A stretch of 64,000 bases of DNA from Bacillota bacterium (GTDB lineage: Bacteria > Bacillota > Clostridia > Christensenellales > UBA3700), in contig JAEWXG010000012.1 in NCBI GenBank assembly GCA_023396095.1, positions 189,365 through 253,364 of the forward strand. The letters are read 5' to 3'. Shown here piece by piece: positions 39,517 through 50,033 of this stretch. The position numbers and the translations under genes were made by a program. How positions within the stretch are numbered: the first letter of the stretch is position 1; the number at the start of each line of letters is the position of its first letter. The notes beneath the pieces are model-generated. The model did not search any database and was not told the DNA's origin. It saw only the letters and a program-made list of their open reading frames with translations.

Positions 39517-40490
39517 TGATACCTCACTTCTAACATTTTAAATAAAAACATTTTATATAGTTCATTTGGGTTAATATTAAATTTATTTTTGGTATTAACT
39601 TCAATTATATTATAAATTATATACGCCAATGAAATTTTATTATAAAATTTTAATATTTCTTCGGCTTCGCCATCTTCATTGCTTGCGTCGAATTCAATTA
39701 GATATTTAATATATACGCTGTACATATCCATAAGTTTCGATAAATACATTCTAGATTTTTCAAGATTCCCTTTTCTCGAAATAAACTCATTTACTCGTTC
39801 ATAATATTCTAAAATTTGCCTAGAGTTTCTCATTCCCAACATTGTTTCTTTAACGATATTGTATATATTAAAATATTCATCATCTTCTATAATATTATAC
39901 ATTGTCGAAATATTACCCGAAAAAAACTGATAAGCAAAATCAAAACGATTTTCTTGATATCCGTCAAATAATGGTAATACCGTCTCATTCGCCAGCTTAG
40001 GCAACTGAATCTTCTTACACCGCGATTTAACAGTGTCAATAACTAATGTGGAATTTTTTGCTCCTAAAATAAATATATTATTTGAATTACTTTCTTCTAA
40101 AGTTTTTAATAATTTATTCTGATACCTAATATCAAAAGTTGAGATATCATTAACTAGAATAATCTTTTTTTTGTTAGATAAATAGCTTGAAAGAATTGTC
40201 ACATCTAAAATATTATCAACCAAATCCATATTAATTTTTTCATCTTGAAAACCAAATATATTAATATTAGGATGGTTTTCTATTTTTGCTATTTCTGTAG
40301 AAAATTGCTCAAAATTATTAATATTATCGCTTAAGAATAAAGTAGCAAACATCATCATAAATGTTCTCAAGTAAATATCATCGGCAGATTCCACAAGATA
40401 AACATTCGTAAATTCTTGCTTTATAATTTCATTTTTTATCTTGCCGAATAAAGGCGTTTCGTAAATAATCTTTTCTAATTTGTTAATCAT
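39504..40490 (-). CDS. holB: DNA polymerase III delta-prime subunit (divergent)
   Basis: The call rests on size, the tmk-holB-yaaT synteny, and the KLLKTLEE and SRC motifs. The P-loop is degenerate. Confidence 0.65.
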   Translation of the reverse strand: MINKLEKIIYETPLFGKIKNEIIKQEFTNVYLVESADDIYLRTFMMMFATLFLSDNINNFEQFSTEIAKIENHPNINIFGFQDEKINMDLVDNILDVTILSSYLSNKKKIILVNDISTFDIRYQNKLLKTLEESNSNNIFILGAKNSTLVIDTVKSRCKKIQLPKLANETVLPLFDGYQENRFDFAYQFFSGNISTMYNIIEDDEYFNIYNIVKETMLGMRNSRQILEYYERVNEFISRKGNLEKSRMYLSKLMDMYSVYIKYLIEFDASNEDGEAEEILKFYNKISLAYIIYNIIEVNTKNKFNINPNELYKMFLFKMLEVRYQCQK

Positions 40491-41112
40491 TCAAAAACCC
40501 TTTTTGTTTCAATGTTTCAATTATTTTATTATGCGTATCATATTTATCCCCTAATGGTTGGATAGAAACAACTCTATTAGGATATCTTCTTGCAATTTCC
40601 TTGTAACCTTTGTATACATCTTGATGAAATTCTAACCCTGCATTCTCTAGCCTATCGCCCCGATCAACTCCTCCTTTTCTTTTAAAAGCTAAAACAGGAT
40701 CCAAATCTAAAAAGATAGTTATATCTGGCCATAAATTATCACATGTTAACTCGTGAAGCTTTATAACTTTATCTATCCCTATTTTTCTAGCAACACCTTG
40801 ATACGCGATGGTAGAATCTACAAATCTATCTGCTACAACCATTTTTCCTTGTCCTAATGCAGGATAAATTACTTCATTAATCAGTTGTGTTCTTGCAGCA
40901 GCGTATAACATTGTCTCTGTCATTTCATCCATTCGTTGATTTTTTAAAGATAATAGTATTTCTCGTATTTTTTCTGAAATTTCTGTCCCGCCAGGCTCTC
41001 TTAGAGATATAAAATCGTAATTATTTTTTTCTAAATATTCTTTTAATAATCTAACTTGCGTGCTTTTTCCTACACCCTCACATCCTTCAAGCGAAATAAA
41101 TCTACCTAGCAT
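40483..41112 (-). CDS. tmk: Thymidylate kinase
   Basis: ISLEGCEGVGKSTQ P-loop, DRF motif. Confidence 0.93.
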   Translation of the reverse strand: MLGRFISLEGCEGVGKSTQVRLLKEYLEKNNYDFISLREPGGTEISEKIREILLSLKNQRMDEMTETMLYAAARTQLINEVIYPALGQGKMVVADRFVDSTIAYQGVARKIGIDKVIKLHELTCDNLWPDITIFLDLDPVLAFKRKGGVDRGDRLENAGLEFHQDVYKGYKEIARRYPNRVVSIQPLGDKYDTHNKIIETLKQKGFLND

Positions 41113-41115
41113 GTA

Positions 41116-42360
41116 TTATTCTTCTCCTTCCACCAATATAGTGTCACCAATCACACCAAATGTCGTTGGCGCAGCTTTCAATTGTTCTACTGCTTCTTTT
41201 GTGATCTCTTCACCAGCAAAAATCAAAATTCTACCAGGGGGATATATCCCAACATCTAATAAAGATTTCTTGCCTACTGCGTCATTCAAGTTAACAGTTA
41301 CGCTATTATTATATAATAAATAGTCTGTTTGTTCATTATCAAATCTTTTATAGTCTTCTTGATACGAATTTAAAATTTCTACCAAGTAATCAAGATGTCT
41401 ATAATTAAAAGGTGTAACAATAAAAACTATTTTATTGTCTATAATCCCTTCCGCATATATATTATTTTGCCTTAAATATGATTCCACACTTTTAACATCC
41501 ATTTTTCCAGCATCAACAAACAGTCTTGTAAAATCATCATAATGCGCTAACTTAAGCTTTGTTGCCCTTTGCAGAGATTCATCTATAATTCTTTTCATGT
41601 CATCATAAATTAGTAAATATTTTTCTCTTTCTTCAATAAATTTATCAATACTCATTAGTATAAGGTAACTCGGACTCGTGGTGTGAAGTCTTTGCCTATA
41701 CACTAAACACCGCTTTGCTATCTTTGCATCTTTAATATTAATTACTGCACCTCCAGTTAATACTGGCAATGTTTTATGCAAGCTAGTAATAACAATGTCA
41801 GCAATCCCAGAATATGATTTCGGAAACAATGTAGACATTTGAAAGTGTGCTGCATGTGCCTCATCAACAATTGTTAAAATTCCTTTAGCTTGTGCCGCTA
41901 GAATAATTTCTTCTACATCAGTGTATACTTTCCCCAAATAATTTGGAGTTGTAATATAAATTGCATCAACATTTTCTAAATCCTTATTGTTGTAATCAAC
42001 TGGCTGCAATTTAAATAATTCTATTGCAGATAAAATTGACTTGTGCGGTTCTCCACAAATCATTATTTTCCCACCTCTTTCACGTGCCAGTAAAGCCGCT
42101 ATCTGAATCCCTGTTGTAGATCCTGTAGTAAGAACTAAACTTGTATTACAAGAATAAATATTTGCCAAATTTTTTTCCATTTTTAATATACTACTTGTTG
42201 GAAATTGTAAATTATCCGAAAAACTCAATTCTGTAATATCGTTACTTGCAAGTTTTTGAAAATCTCGATCCATTAAATCTCCGCCAGAATGCCCTGGCAT
42301 ATGAAACCTGATAGGATTGTTTGAAACATAATCTTCTATTTCTTTTTTCAAACTCTTCAT
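41116..42360 (-). CDS. Orn/Lys/Arg decarboxylase family PLP enzyme (YaaO-like)
   Basis: FHMPGHSGG, and the PLP lysine in SLHKTLP. It lies upstream of tmk, as B. subtilis yaaO does. Confidence 0.8.
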   Translation of the reverse strand: MKSLKKEIEDYVSNNPIRFHMPGHSGGDLMDRDFQKLASNDITELSFSDNLQFPTSSILKMEKNLANIYSCNTSLVLTTGSTTGIQIAALLARERGGKIMICGEPHKSILSAIELFKLQPVDYNNKDLENVDAIYITTPNYLGKVYTDVEEIILAAQAKGILTIVDEAHAAHFQMSTLFPKSYSGIADIVITSLHKTLPVLTGGAVINIKDAKIAKRCLVYRQRLHTTSPSYLILMSIDKFIEEREKYLLIYDDMKRIIDESLQRATKLKLAHYDDFTRLFVDAGKMDVKSVESYLRQNNIYAEGIIDNKIVFIVTPFNYRHLDYLVEILNSYQEDYKRFDNEQTDYLLYNNSVTVNLNDAVGKKSLLDVGIYPPGRILIFAGEEITKEAVEQLKAAPTTFGVIGDTILVEGEE

Positions 42361-42533
42361 ACTGCTAATTATATCAAAAACAGATTATATAAAACATAAA
42401 ATATATATTTATTTGCTATAAACCAAATTATACGTCATATATAAATATTAAAACTAGACTAGGAAAGCATTTTATAAAATAAATAATTTCAAACTTTAAA
42501 AAACAAACTTTTGCTGCAACTTCGCCAATTAAA

Positions 42534-42565
42534 AAGGCTTTACCCTAATAAGAAAGTAAAGCCTT
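42534..42565. terminator. Terminator after the EF-G paralog
   Basis: A 10-bp stem, AAGGCTTTAC (42534..42543) paired with GTAAAGCCTT (42556..42565), T-rich on both sides. Confidence 0.6.
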
Positions 42566-42606
42566 GTTTTTCATGAATGAGTAAATTTGTAATACATATA
42601 ATATAT

Positions 42607-44655
42607 TTATTCTTGATTTACTTTTTCTACTATTTTTTGCGCATTGGCTGCAGGCATCTCTTCATATCTTGCAAATTCAGTTATAAATTTTCCTCTTCCT
42701 TGCGTCATCGATCTCAAATCAGTAGCATACTTAGATAACTCAACTTCTGGAATCTCAGCATTCACTATTTGATACTTCCCATCACCCTCCATTCCTAAAA
42801 CTCTTCCTCTTCTTTTTGTAATATCTCCCAAAATATCACCTAAAAATACTTCAGGAACTTTAATTGTAACGGATGAAATAGGTTCAAGCAACACAGGTGA
42901 TGCCTCTTTTAATCCTGCCTTATATGCAATTGAAGCGGCCATAACAAATGATAATTCATTTGAGTCAACATCGTGGTATGAGCCGTCATATAATGTTGCC
43001 TTCAAGTTTACAACTGGATATCCTGCTAATACTCCTTTTTGAATACATTCTTTTAACCCTTTCTCAACTGCTGGGAAATAATTTTTCGGAACTGCTCCTC
43101 CAACTACTTCTGTCGCAAACTCAAAATCTGCATTTGGATTTGGTTCAAATCGAATCTTAACATGCCCATATTGACCATGCCCGCCGGATTGTTTTTTATG
43201 TTTCCCTTCTGCTTCAACTTTTTTCTTAATTGTCTCTCTAAAAGCAATTTTTGGCTCGTTAAGTTTGGCTTCAACTTTATATTTATTCTTCAACTTCTTG
43301 CATAAAATTTCCAATTGAGTTTCACCAAGACCATAAATTAAAGTTTCATTTGTTTCTACATTCTTTTTAATTTTAAATGTTGAATCTTCATCCTCCAATT
43401 TGATGAAACCAGCAAATACTTTGTCCTCATCTCCCTTATTAACACTTGAAATTGTTAATGCTATTGAAGGAGCAGGAAATTGTATTGGAGGAAAAACTAT
43501 ATCCAAAGATGGATCACATAAAGTATCGCCAGTTTTTGTGTATAATAATTTTGCAACAGCTCCAATGTCACCAGCAGTTAACCCATCTTCTACAGGAACT
43601 TGTTTTTTTCCTTGTAAAGCATATATTGTGCCTATTTTTTCCTCTTTATCTTGTGTAGTATTCTTAACTTGCATGCCAGGCTTTATTGTCCCAGTAATAA
43701 CTTTAAACAAAGAAAGTTTACCAACAAAAGGATCAGCTATTGTTTTAAATACTTGAACAACTAGTGGTTTACTTTCATCAATATAAATTTCTTTTTCGTT
43801 ATTCTTACTATCAAATGCTTTCTTTGGAGGCAATTCATTTGGGTTTCTCATAACTTGAACAATTCTGTCCATCAAATTCGTTACACCCTTTTTATATAAA
43901 GCACTACCACCCATAACTAATAAGATTCCATCATCTAACTGCCTTTTCTTTATCCCTTTAGTAATTTCTTCAATTGTTAAAGGATCACCAGAGAAATATC
44001 TATTCAACAATTCCTCATCACTTTCTGCAGCTAACTCTGCAAGTTGAGTGTGAAACGTTTCAACCTTATCTAATAAATAATCAGCTATTTCAACAGGATT
44101 ACCTTCCAAATCATAGCCTTTTTTCTCGAACACATTAAGAAAACCATAAACTATGTCGTCTTTAACCATTGGAACACTTATAATAGCAATCTTCCCCGGA
44201 AATTCTTCTCTAAGCGCTTGATATGTTTTAGAAAAATTATAATTTTCTTTATCAACTTGGTTGATAAAGATTATACCTGGAATATTTCTTTTAGCTAATT
44301 CGTTTATAGCAATTTCAGTACCAACTGAAACTTGTCCAGATGCTGCAGTAACAATAACAGCTGCTCCAGCAACTTCCAAAGCAGAAGCCCATTCTCCTTC
44401 AAAATCTAAAAATCCTGGAACATCAATAATATTAAGTTTGCAATCCTTCCAAGGAATACTGGCAACTGCTAAACTAATAGAGCTTTTTCTCTTGATTTCT
44501 TCTTCTTCAAAGTCCATCACAGTGTTACCTTCTTCAATACTTCCCATTCTTGTGGTAACACCCGCCTTATACAACATTGCTTCTGCTAAAGTTGTTTTGC
44601 CTTCTCCGCTGTGCCCAATTAAAGCAATATTTCTGATCTTGTCGCTCTTCACCAT
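42607..44655 (-). CDS. Divergent EF-G-like translational GTPase paralog
   Basis: Five-domain EF-G collinearity. G1 is GHSGEGKTT, but G3 is DVPGFLDF and G4 is NQVD. The start is MVKSDKIRNIAL (ATG 44655, with GAGGGG upstream); the track TTG start lies upstream of the predicted transcription start. Confidence 0.85.
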   Translation of the reverse strand: MVKSDKIRNIALIGHSGEGKTTLAEAMLYKAGVTTRMGSIEEGNTVMDFEEEEIKRKSSISLAVASIPWKDCKLNIIDVPGFLDFEGEWASALEVAGAAVIVTAASGQVSVGTEIAINELAKRNIPGIIFINQVDKENYNFSKTYQALREEFPGKIAIISVPMVKDDIVYGFLNVFEKKGYDLEGNPVEIADYLLDKVETFHTQLAELAAESDEELLNRYFSGDPLTIEEITKGIKKRQLDDGILLVMGGSALYKKGVTNLMDRIVQVMRNPNELPPKKAFDSKNNEKEIYIDESKPLVVQVFKTIADPFVGKLSLFKVITGTIKPGMQVKNTTQDKEEKIGTIYALQGKKQVPVEDGLTAGDIGAVAKLLYTKTGDTLCDPSLDIVFPPIQFPAPSIALTISSVNKGDEDKVFAGFIKLEDEDSTFKIKKNVETNETLIYGLGETQLEILCKKLKNKYKVEAKLNEPKIAFRETIKKKVEAEGKHKKQSGGHGQYGHVKIRFEPNPNADFEFATEVVGGAVPKNYFPAVEKGLKECIQKGVLAGYPVVNLKATLYDGSYHDVDSNELSFVMAASIAYKAGLKEASPVLLEPISSVTIKVPEVFLGDILGDITKRRGRVLGMEGDGKYQIVNAEIPEVELSKYATDLRSMTQGRGKFITEFARYEEMPAANAQKIVEKVNQE

Positions 44656-44701
44656 AATTTTTTCCCCTCTGTTTACAATTAATAAGTTCGTAAACAATTT
44701 T

Positions 44702-44730
44702 ATTCTAAACTAAGCAACAAGTTTTGTAAA
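44702..44730 (-). promoter_or_regulatory. Promoter of the EF-G paralog
   Basis: On the minus strand, TTTACA (44730..44725), a 17-nt spacer, then TAGAAT (44707..44702). Confidence 0.4.
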
Positions 44731-44769
44731 TACTGCACATAGATGCCTATCCATAACAAAAAATAAAAA

Positions 44770-44792
44770 ATCCTAGACGTTTTCTCTAGGAT
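44770..44792. terminator. Terminator after metA
   Basis: ATCCTAG (44770..44776) pairs with CTAGGAT (44786..44792), flanked by A-runs and T-runs. Confidence 0.6.
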
Positions 44793-44917
44793 TTCTTTTT
44801 TTAGCTTGTCAAAATTTTAAATTTCGCAGCACTCTATCAAACTACTTATCTACGTTCACCATTTCAAATGACACATTGCATTCACATATCAACAAAAAAC
44901 AAGTACATATATATTAT

Positions 44918-45832
44918 TTATTTGCTCTTAACTTTTTCGATTTCATATGGAGTAATTTGATATACATAATAATTTAACCAATTATAAAACAACAAATTTG
45001 CTGTAGATCTCCAGCTGCAATTAACTTTGTTTGTACCTTCAATATAGTAATTAACTGGTTTATCAATAGCTATTCCCTTCTCCAAATCTCTTCTATATTC
45101 ACCATCTAATGTCATTACATCATACTCGGAATGTCCTAAAAGAAAAATCTTTTTATCCTTACTTTTTATTATTGATGGCCCGTTTTCATTCTGTGCTAAA
45201 ATTTTTATATGTGGGCATTGCTTAACTGCATCCCAGTCAACATCTGTATGTCGAGACATAGGTATATCAAACTCATCATCCAATCCTTTTAATAACATAT
45301 CCCTCGTGCCAGATGATGATCTATATTTATATATACCAAAAAGCTTCTTATCGAGTTTAATTTTTTCTATACCATAATAATAATGCAATGCCGCTTGTGC
45401 TCCCCAACAAATAAATATTGTTGAAGTAACCTTTTTGTCTGCATAATCCATAACTTTCTCTAGTTCTTCCCAATATGCAACATCGGTATATTCAAATTGT
45501 TCAACTGGCGCTCCTGTTATAATCATTCCGTCAAAACATCTATCTTGCAATTCATCTAAACCTTTATAAAATTGATCTAAATGTGTCTTTGAAGTATTTT
45601 TGCTTTGGTAAGAATTCATTTTAATCAGTGTAATATTAACTTGTAATGGAGAATTTCCCAGCAATCTCATCAATTGAGTTTCTGTCTCAATTTTTGTAGG
45701 CATTAAATTTACTATCGCAATTTCGATAGGCCTTATATCTTGCTTGTTTGCTCGTTTATCATGCATAACAAATATTTTTTCGTCACTTAATATTTTGTAT
45801 GCTGGTAAATTCTTATCAATAACTATTGGCAT
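44918..45832 (-). CDS. metA: Homoserine O-acyltransferase (MetA family)
   Basis: IRPIEIAIVNLMPTKIETETQ..., the active-site Cys region ICWGAQAAL, and HSRH-like MSRHTD. Confidence 0.9.
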   Translation of the reverse strand: MPIVIDKNLPAYKILSDEKIFVMHDKRANKQDIRPIEIAIVNLMPTKIETETQLMRLLGNSPLQVNITLIKMNSYQSKNTSKTHLDQFYKGLDELQDRCFDGMIITGAPVEQFEYTDVAYWEELEKVMDYADKKVTSTIFICWGAQAALHYYYGIEKIKLDKKLFGIYKYRSSSGTRDMLLKGLDDEFDIPMSRHTDVDWDAVKQCPHIKILAQNENGPSIIKSKDKKIFLLGHSEYDVMTLDGEYRRDLEKGIAIDKPVNYYIEGTNKVNCSWRSTANLLFYNWLNYYVYQITPYEIEKVKSK

Positions 45833-47113
45833 TTACTTATTAGCCCTCTTCAATGCATTTACTATATCTTCAACAATATCATCAATATTCTCTATTCCTA
45901 CTGATAATCTAACTAAATTAGGATAAATGCCCGCTTTAATTAATGATTCATCGGACAATTGTCTATGCGTTGTTGTTGCAGGATGTAAAACACAACTTCT
46001 TACATCTGCTATATGTGTTACAATTTTAAACAATTTTAATTCCTTCATAAATCTATTAGCAGCCTCTCTTCCGCCTTTAATTCCGATAGTTAACATTCCT
46101 GAATATAATTGTTTTTCAAAATACTTGTTTGCCAATGCATGATTTTCATCATTTTCTAATCCCGGATATCTTATCCATTCAACTAAATTTGATTCCTTCA
46201 ATACTTTAGCCAACTTCATAGCATTTTCTGAATGTCTTTCCATTCTAACATGCAATGTTTCACTACCTAAATTTGTCAAATATGCGTTCATTGGAGACAT
46301 AATCATCCCATAATCTCTAATCATTTGTACTCTTGCCTTTACAGCAAATGCAGCCTTACCGCAATCCTTTGCATAAATCATTCCGTGATAACTATCATCT
46401 GGAGTAGAAAATTCCTTATATCTTTCATTATTTGAAAAATCAAAATTCCCACCATCAACAATTATCCCACCTACTGCTGCGGCATGACCATCTAGATATT
46501 TTGTGCTTGCGTGAATTGAAACATTAACTCCATGTTTAAATGGCTTGCAAATAAATGGTGTTGTCAAGGTGTTATCAACCATAAATAGAATTCTATACTT
46601 ATGTGCTACTTCTGCAAATTTATCAAAATCTAATACTGTCATTCCAGGATTTGCTATACTTTCGCCATAAATTATTTTTGTTTTATCATCTATAAGTTTT
46701 TCAATCTCTTCAATAGATGCATTTGGCTTAACAAAACGACATTCTATATTTAATTTCTTTAAAGTGTGAGTAAATAAATTGTATGTTCCACCATAAATTT
46801 CAGTTGTTGAAATAAAATTATCTCCCGCTTTACACACAGTAAATATTGAAATAGCAATTGCAGACATCCCAGAAGCTGTACCAACAGATGCTACTCCTCC
46901 CTCAAGAGCTGAGACTTTTTCTTCAAGAGCCGACACTGTCGGATTTGAAATTCTTGAATAAATATGCCCGTTAACTTTTAAGTCAAAAAGTTCCGCTAAT
47001 TCCTCAGGTGTATCATATACATATGTCGTTGATAAATTTAAAGGCAATACTCTAGGTTCTCCATTCTTTGGAATATAGCCAGCTTGCACACACAATGTTT
47101 CAAACTTGTTCAT
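45833..47113 (-). CDS. metY: O-acetylhomoserine sulfhydrylase
   Basis: Cys/Met-metabolism PLP family, with the PLP lysine in HASTKYLDGH. The start is taken at ATG 47113 (GTGAGG upstream); the track start is a GTG. Confidence 0.9.
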   Translation of the reverse strand: MNKFETLCVQAGYIPKNGEPRVLPLNLSTTYVYDTPEELAELFDLKVNGHIYSRISNPTVSALEEKVSALEGGVASVGTASGMSAIAISIFTVCKAGDNFISTTEIYGGTYNLFTHTLKKLNIECRFVKPNASIEEIEKLIDDKTKIIYGESIANPGMTVLDFDKFAEVAHKYRILFMVDNTLTTPFICKPFKHGVNVSIHASTKYLDGHAAAVGGIIVDGGNFDFSNNERYKEFSTPDDSYHGMIYAKDCGKAAFAVKARVQMIRDYGMIMSPMNAYLTNLGSETLHVRMERHSENAMKLAKVLKESNLVEWIRYPGLENDENHALANKYFEKQLYSGMLTIGIKGGREAANRFMKELKLFKIVTHIADVRSCVLHPATTTHRQLSDESLIKAGIYPNLVRLSVGIENIDDIVEDIVNALKRANK

Positions 47114-47118
47114 AATCA

Positions 47119-47601
47119 CTACCTCACTTTATAATTTTTCATTACTCTTTCAATATTTCTTTTTTGCTCCCTTTGTTTAATAGAATCTCTCTTATCATGC
47201 AATTCTTTACCCTTTGCAAGTCCTATTTCTATTTTTAAAAGACCAGCTTTTAAATATGCCTTTATAGGGATTAATGTATATCCCTTTAGTTGCACTTTTC
47301 CTATAAGCTTTCTTATTTCTTTTTTATGTAATAAAAGTTTTCTGTCTCTTGTCGGATCAACATTATATATCGTCCCATGTTTATACGGACTTATATGTGC
47401 TCCTAAAAGCACAATTTCACCATGTTTAATAACACAATACGAATCTTTTAAGTTTAATCCTCCACTTCTTACTGATTTAATTTCTGTTCCTGTTAAAACA
47501 ATTCCTGCTTCAAATCTCTCCTCAATAAAGTATTCGTGGTAAGCTTTTCTATTCTCTTGTATTATCTTAATACCAACTTTTTGACTTCTTTCTATTTTCA
47601 T
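47119..47601 (-). CDS. smpB: SsrA-binding protein
   Basis: NRKAYHEYFIEERFEAGIVLTGTEIKS. Confidence 0.93.
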   Translation of the reverse strand: MKIERSQKVGIKIIQENRKAYHEYFIEERFEAGIVLTGTEIKSVRSGGLNLKDSYCVIKHGEIVLLGAHISPYKHGTIYNVDPTRDRKLLLHKKEIRKLIGKVQLKGYTLIPIKAYLKAGLLKIEIGLAKGKELHDKRDSIKQREQKRNIERVMKNYKVR

Positions 47602-49675
47602 TTTTTGCTTTATTCTTATTAGTAGTTAGAGCAATCCTTCTCAATTTTGTTTGCACATCTAAAACTTCAATATCAAGCTTATCTCCAACTGCAAATTTAT
47701 ATCTATCACCAATTAACTCATAATCAACAACATCATAATAGTCAGTTGGTAATTCATCAAATCTTACAAGTCCTTCAATTCCATTATGGAATTCTACAAA
47801 TAAACCAAACTTCGTAGCGGAAACAATGATCCCTTCATACTTCTCGCCAATTTTATTTTTAATAAATTCGCATTTATATAAATCCACAACATCTCTTTCC
47901 GCTTTTAATGCGGCAATTTCTCTTTCTGAAGATTGCTGTGCCACCTTCTTGCATAATTCTTCGAATTTTGCACGATTGTGTCTTTCCATCTTTTTATCTC
48001 GTAAGAAAATTTTAACAGCTCTATGTACCATTAAATCAGGATATCTTCTTATCGGCGATGTAAAATGACAATAATCACTTAAACCTAATCCGTAATGCCC
48101 TTTATTCTTAACATCGTATTTTGCCTTCGCCATAGCTCTAAGCAAAATATAACTAATAATTTTTGCTTTCGAAATATCTTCAATAGTTTCAATTTGCTCA
48201 TTGAAAGATTTTTGGAATTCTCTCTTATTGATAAACAAATTAAACCTTTTGGCAAAGTCAATACCATTCTCAAGTTTCTCTTGATCAGGTAAATCATGCA
48301 CACGATAAACAGATGGAATTTTAGCTTTACTTAATGTATGTGCAACAAACGAATTTGCCATAACCATAAAACTTTCAATTATTTCATTACTTTTTTTAGT
48401 TAGATAAGGATATACATCAACGATTTTATCATCTTCAATTTTAAATTTAGACTCTTGAGACACAAAATGCACAGACCCTAATGATTTTAATTTTTCTTGG
48501 ATTATATCTGATAGCTCTTCCATAAGTTTGATTTCTTTGTAAATGCCTTGATACTTAGAAACAATATCCTTATCACCATCTAATACAGCCTGCACCTCAT
48601 TATACGTCAAACGATAATCTGATCTAATTATACTTTCATATAAATCCCCAGATATAACATCCCCATTTTTATCTATAATCATTTTTGCAGTAACTGCATA
48701 TCTATCAACGTTAGGGTTTATCGAGCATGCACCATTTGATAGTTCCTCTGGAAGCATTGGAAAAACATTTTCTGGAAAATATACACTTGTTCCTCTTCTA
48801 AATGCCTCTTTGTCAATTTCCCCACCGATTTTAACATAATGTGAAACATCTGCAATATGAACATAAAGCTCGATGTTTTGACCTTTCTTGATAATACTAA
48901 TTGCATCATCAAAATCTTTTGTATCATCTCCATCAATTGTGACTGTTAAAAGTTCTCTAAAATCTTCCCTATCGCCTTGTTCAATTGACAACTGCGATAC
49001 TTTTTCAGCTTCATTCTTTACTTGGCTAGGAAAAGTATCGAAAAATCCATTTTCTGTCAATATCCCTAAAACTTCCGGATATCTTTCCCCTTCTTTACCC
49101 AATATTCTAACTACTTTAACTGTCTTTTTTTCATAATTTTCAATTTCAACTTCTACTTTATCTCTATTGAAAACTTTTAGATTGGATTCTTTTGAAATTT
49201 TAAAACTGAAATTAATATTGGAATTATCAGGGATAAAAATGATTTCATTTAATCCTTCCCCTGTTGAAACAACCCCAACCATATTTTGAGTCCCGCGCTC
49301 AAGTATTTTAATAACTGAATTTTCAAATCCTGCAAAATACTTGATGCTATCTCGATACATTGCTCCATTTAAATTTTCTAGGTCAACATACACATCGTTA
49401 TTTGCCGTTGATTCTCCATCTGGTCGAATAAATGCATATGCTCCTTTAACAGACACAACCGACCCTTTATGAATATAATTAGATTTTGCATTAACATAAT
49501 ACGAACTTTTATTGCTAATCTTATAAATTAATTCTTCCTTAAGCAGCTCTTCTATAATGCCAGCAATAATAGCATTACTATTTTTTTCTCCTCTTTCTTT
49601 TTGTGTAAGAACATTAGGAATTGAAAATAGTCCTTTTTCGTTTAATATTTTTTCTCTTATCTTTTTTGTATCCAT
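47567..49675 (-). CDS. rnr: Ribonuclease R
   Basis: RNB domain (TIDGDDTKDFDDAIS), an S1 domain, and a Lys-rich tail. Confidence 0.93.
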   Translation of the reverse strand: MDTKKIREKILNEKGLFSIPNVLTQKERGEKNSNAIIAGIIEELLKEELIYKISNKSSYYVNAKSNYIHKGSVVSVKGAYAFIRPDGESTANNDVYVDLENLNGAMYRDSIKYFAGFENSVIKILERGTQNMVGVVSTGEGLNEIIFIPDNSNINFSFKISKESNLKVFNRDKVEVEIENYEKKTVKVVRILGKEGERYPEVLGILTENGFFDTFPSQVKNEAEKVSQLSIEQGDREDFRELLTVTIDGDDTKDFDDAISIIKKGQNIELYVHIADVSHYVKIGGEIDKEAFRRGTSVYFPENVFPMLPEELSNGACSINPNVDRYAVTAKMIIDKNGDVISGDLYESIIRSDYRLTYNEVQAVLDGDKDIVSKYQGIYKEIKLMEELSDIIQEKLKSLGSVHFVSQESKFKIEDDKIVDVYPYLTKKSNEIIESFMVMANSFVAHTLSKAKIPSVYRVHDLPDQEKLENGIDFAKRFNLFINKREFQKSFNEQIETIEDISKAKIISYILLRAMAKAKYDVKNKGHYGLGLSDYCHFTSPIRRYPDLMVHRAVKIFLRDKKMERHNRAKFEELCKKVAQQSSEREIAALKAERDVVDLYKCEFIKNKIGEKYEGIIVSATKFGLFVEFHNGIEGLVRFDELPTDYYDVVDYELIGDRYKFAVGDKLDIEVLDVQTKLRRIALTTNKNKAKNENRKKSKSWY

Positions 49676-49718
49676 AAATTATCCTTTTTCAAAAAAGGCC
49701 ACATTTTGTGACCGTTTT

Positions 49719-50033
49719 TTAAATAACGTGCAGAATAAAGAAAACCAGTGAAACAACAACAATAATAGATGCTAACACTATAGTCGCAACTTTTAGCTTA
49801 TGCTCTTTGCTTGTTTTTTTAGTCTTATCATAAAATGTATCACTTGCCCCGCCAGAAATAGCGTTCATATTCCCTTCAACACTTCTTTGCATCAATATCA
49901 CAACTATTAAAATAATTGCAGCTATTGCTAAAATTGTCATAAAAAGAGGATCAATAACTTTTAACACCTCTTTAGAAACTTTACTTGCCCCTGTATCTTC
50001 TGAAAGTAATCTTGCAAAATCAAAAACTTTCAT
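49719..50033 (-). CDS. secG: Preprotein translocase subunit SecG (with an N-terminal extension)
   Basis: ILIVVILMQRS...GG SecG core, two TM helices, and the secG-rnr-smpB synteny. The start is ATG 50033, after GGAGGA. Confidence 0.75.
   Translation of the reverse strand: MKVFDFARLLSEDTGASKVSKEVLKVIDPLFMTILAIAAIILIVVILMQRSVEGNMNAISGGASDTFYDKTKKTSKEHKLKVATIVLASIIVVVSLVFFILHVI

Noticed and set aside
44698-44917. I searched for tmRNA (ssrA) downstream of the smpB operon.
   Set aside because: The gap is only 220 nt and has no GGGG...tRNA-like acceptor ends or tag reading frame. It contains only a terminator and a promoter for the next gene.
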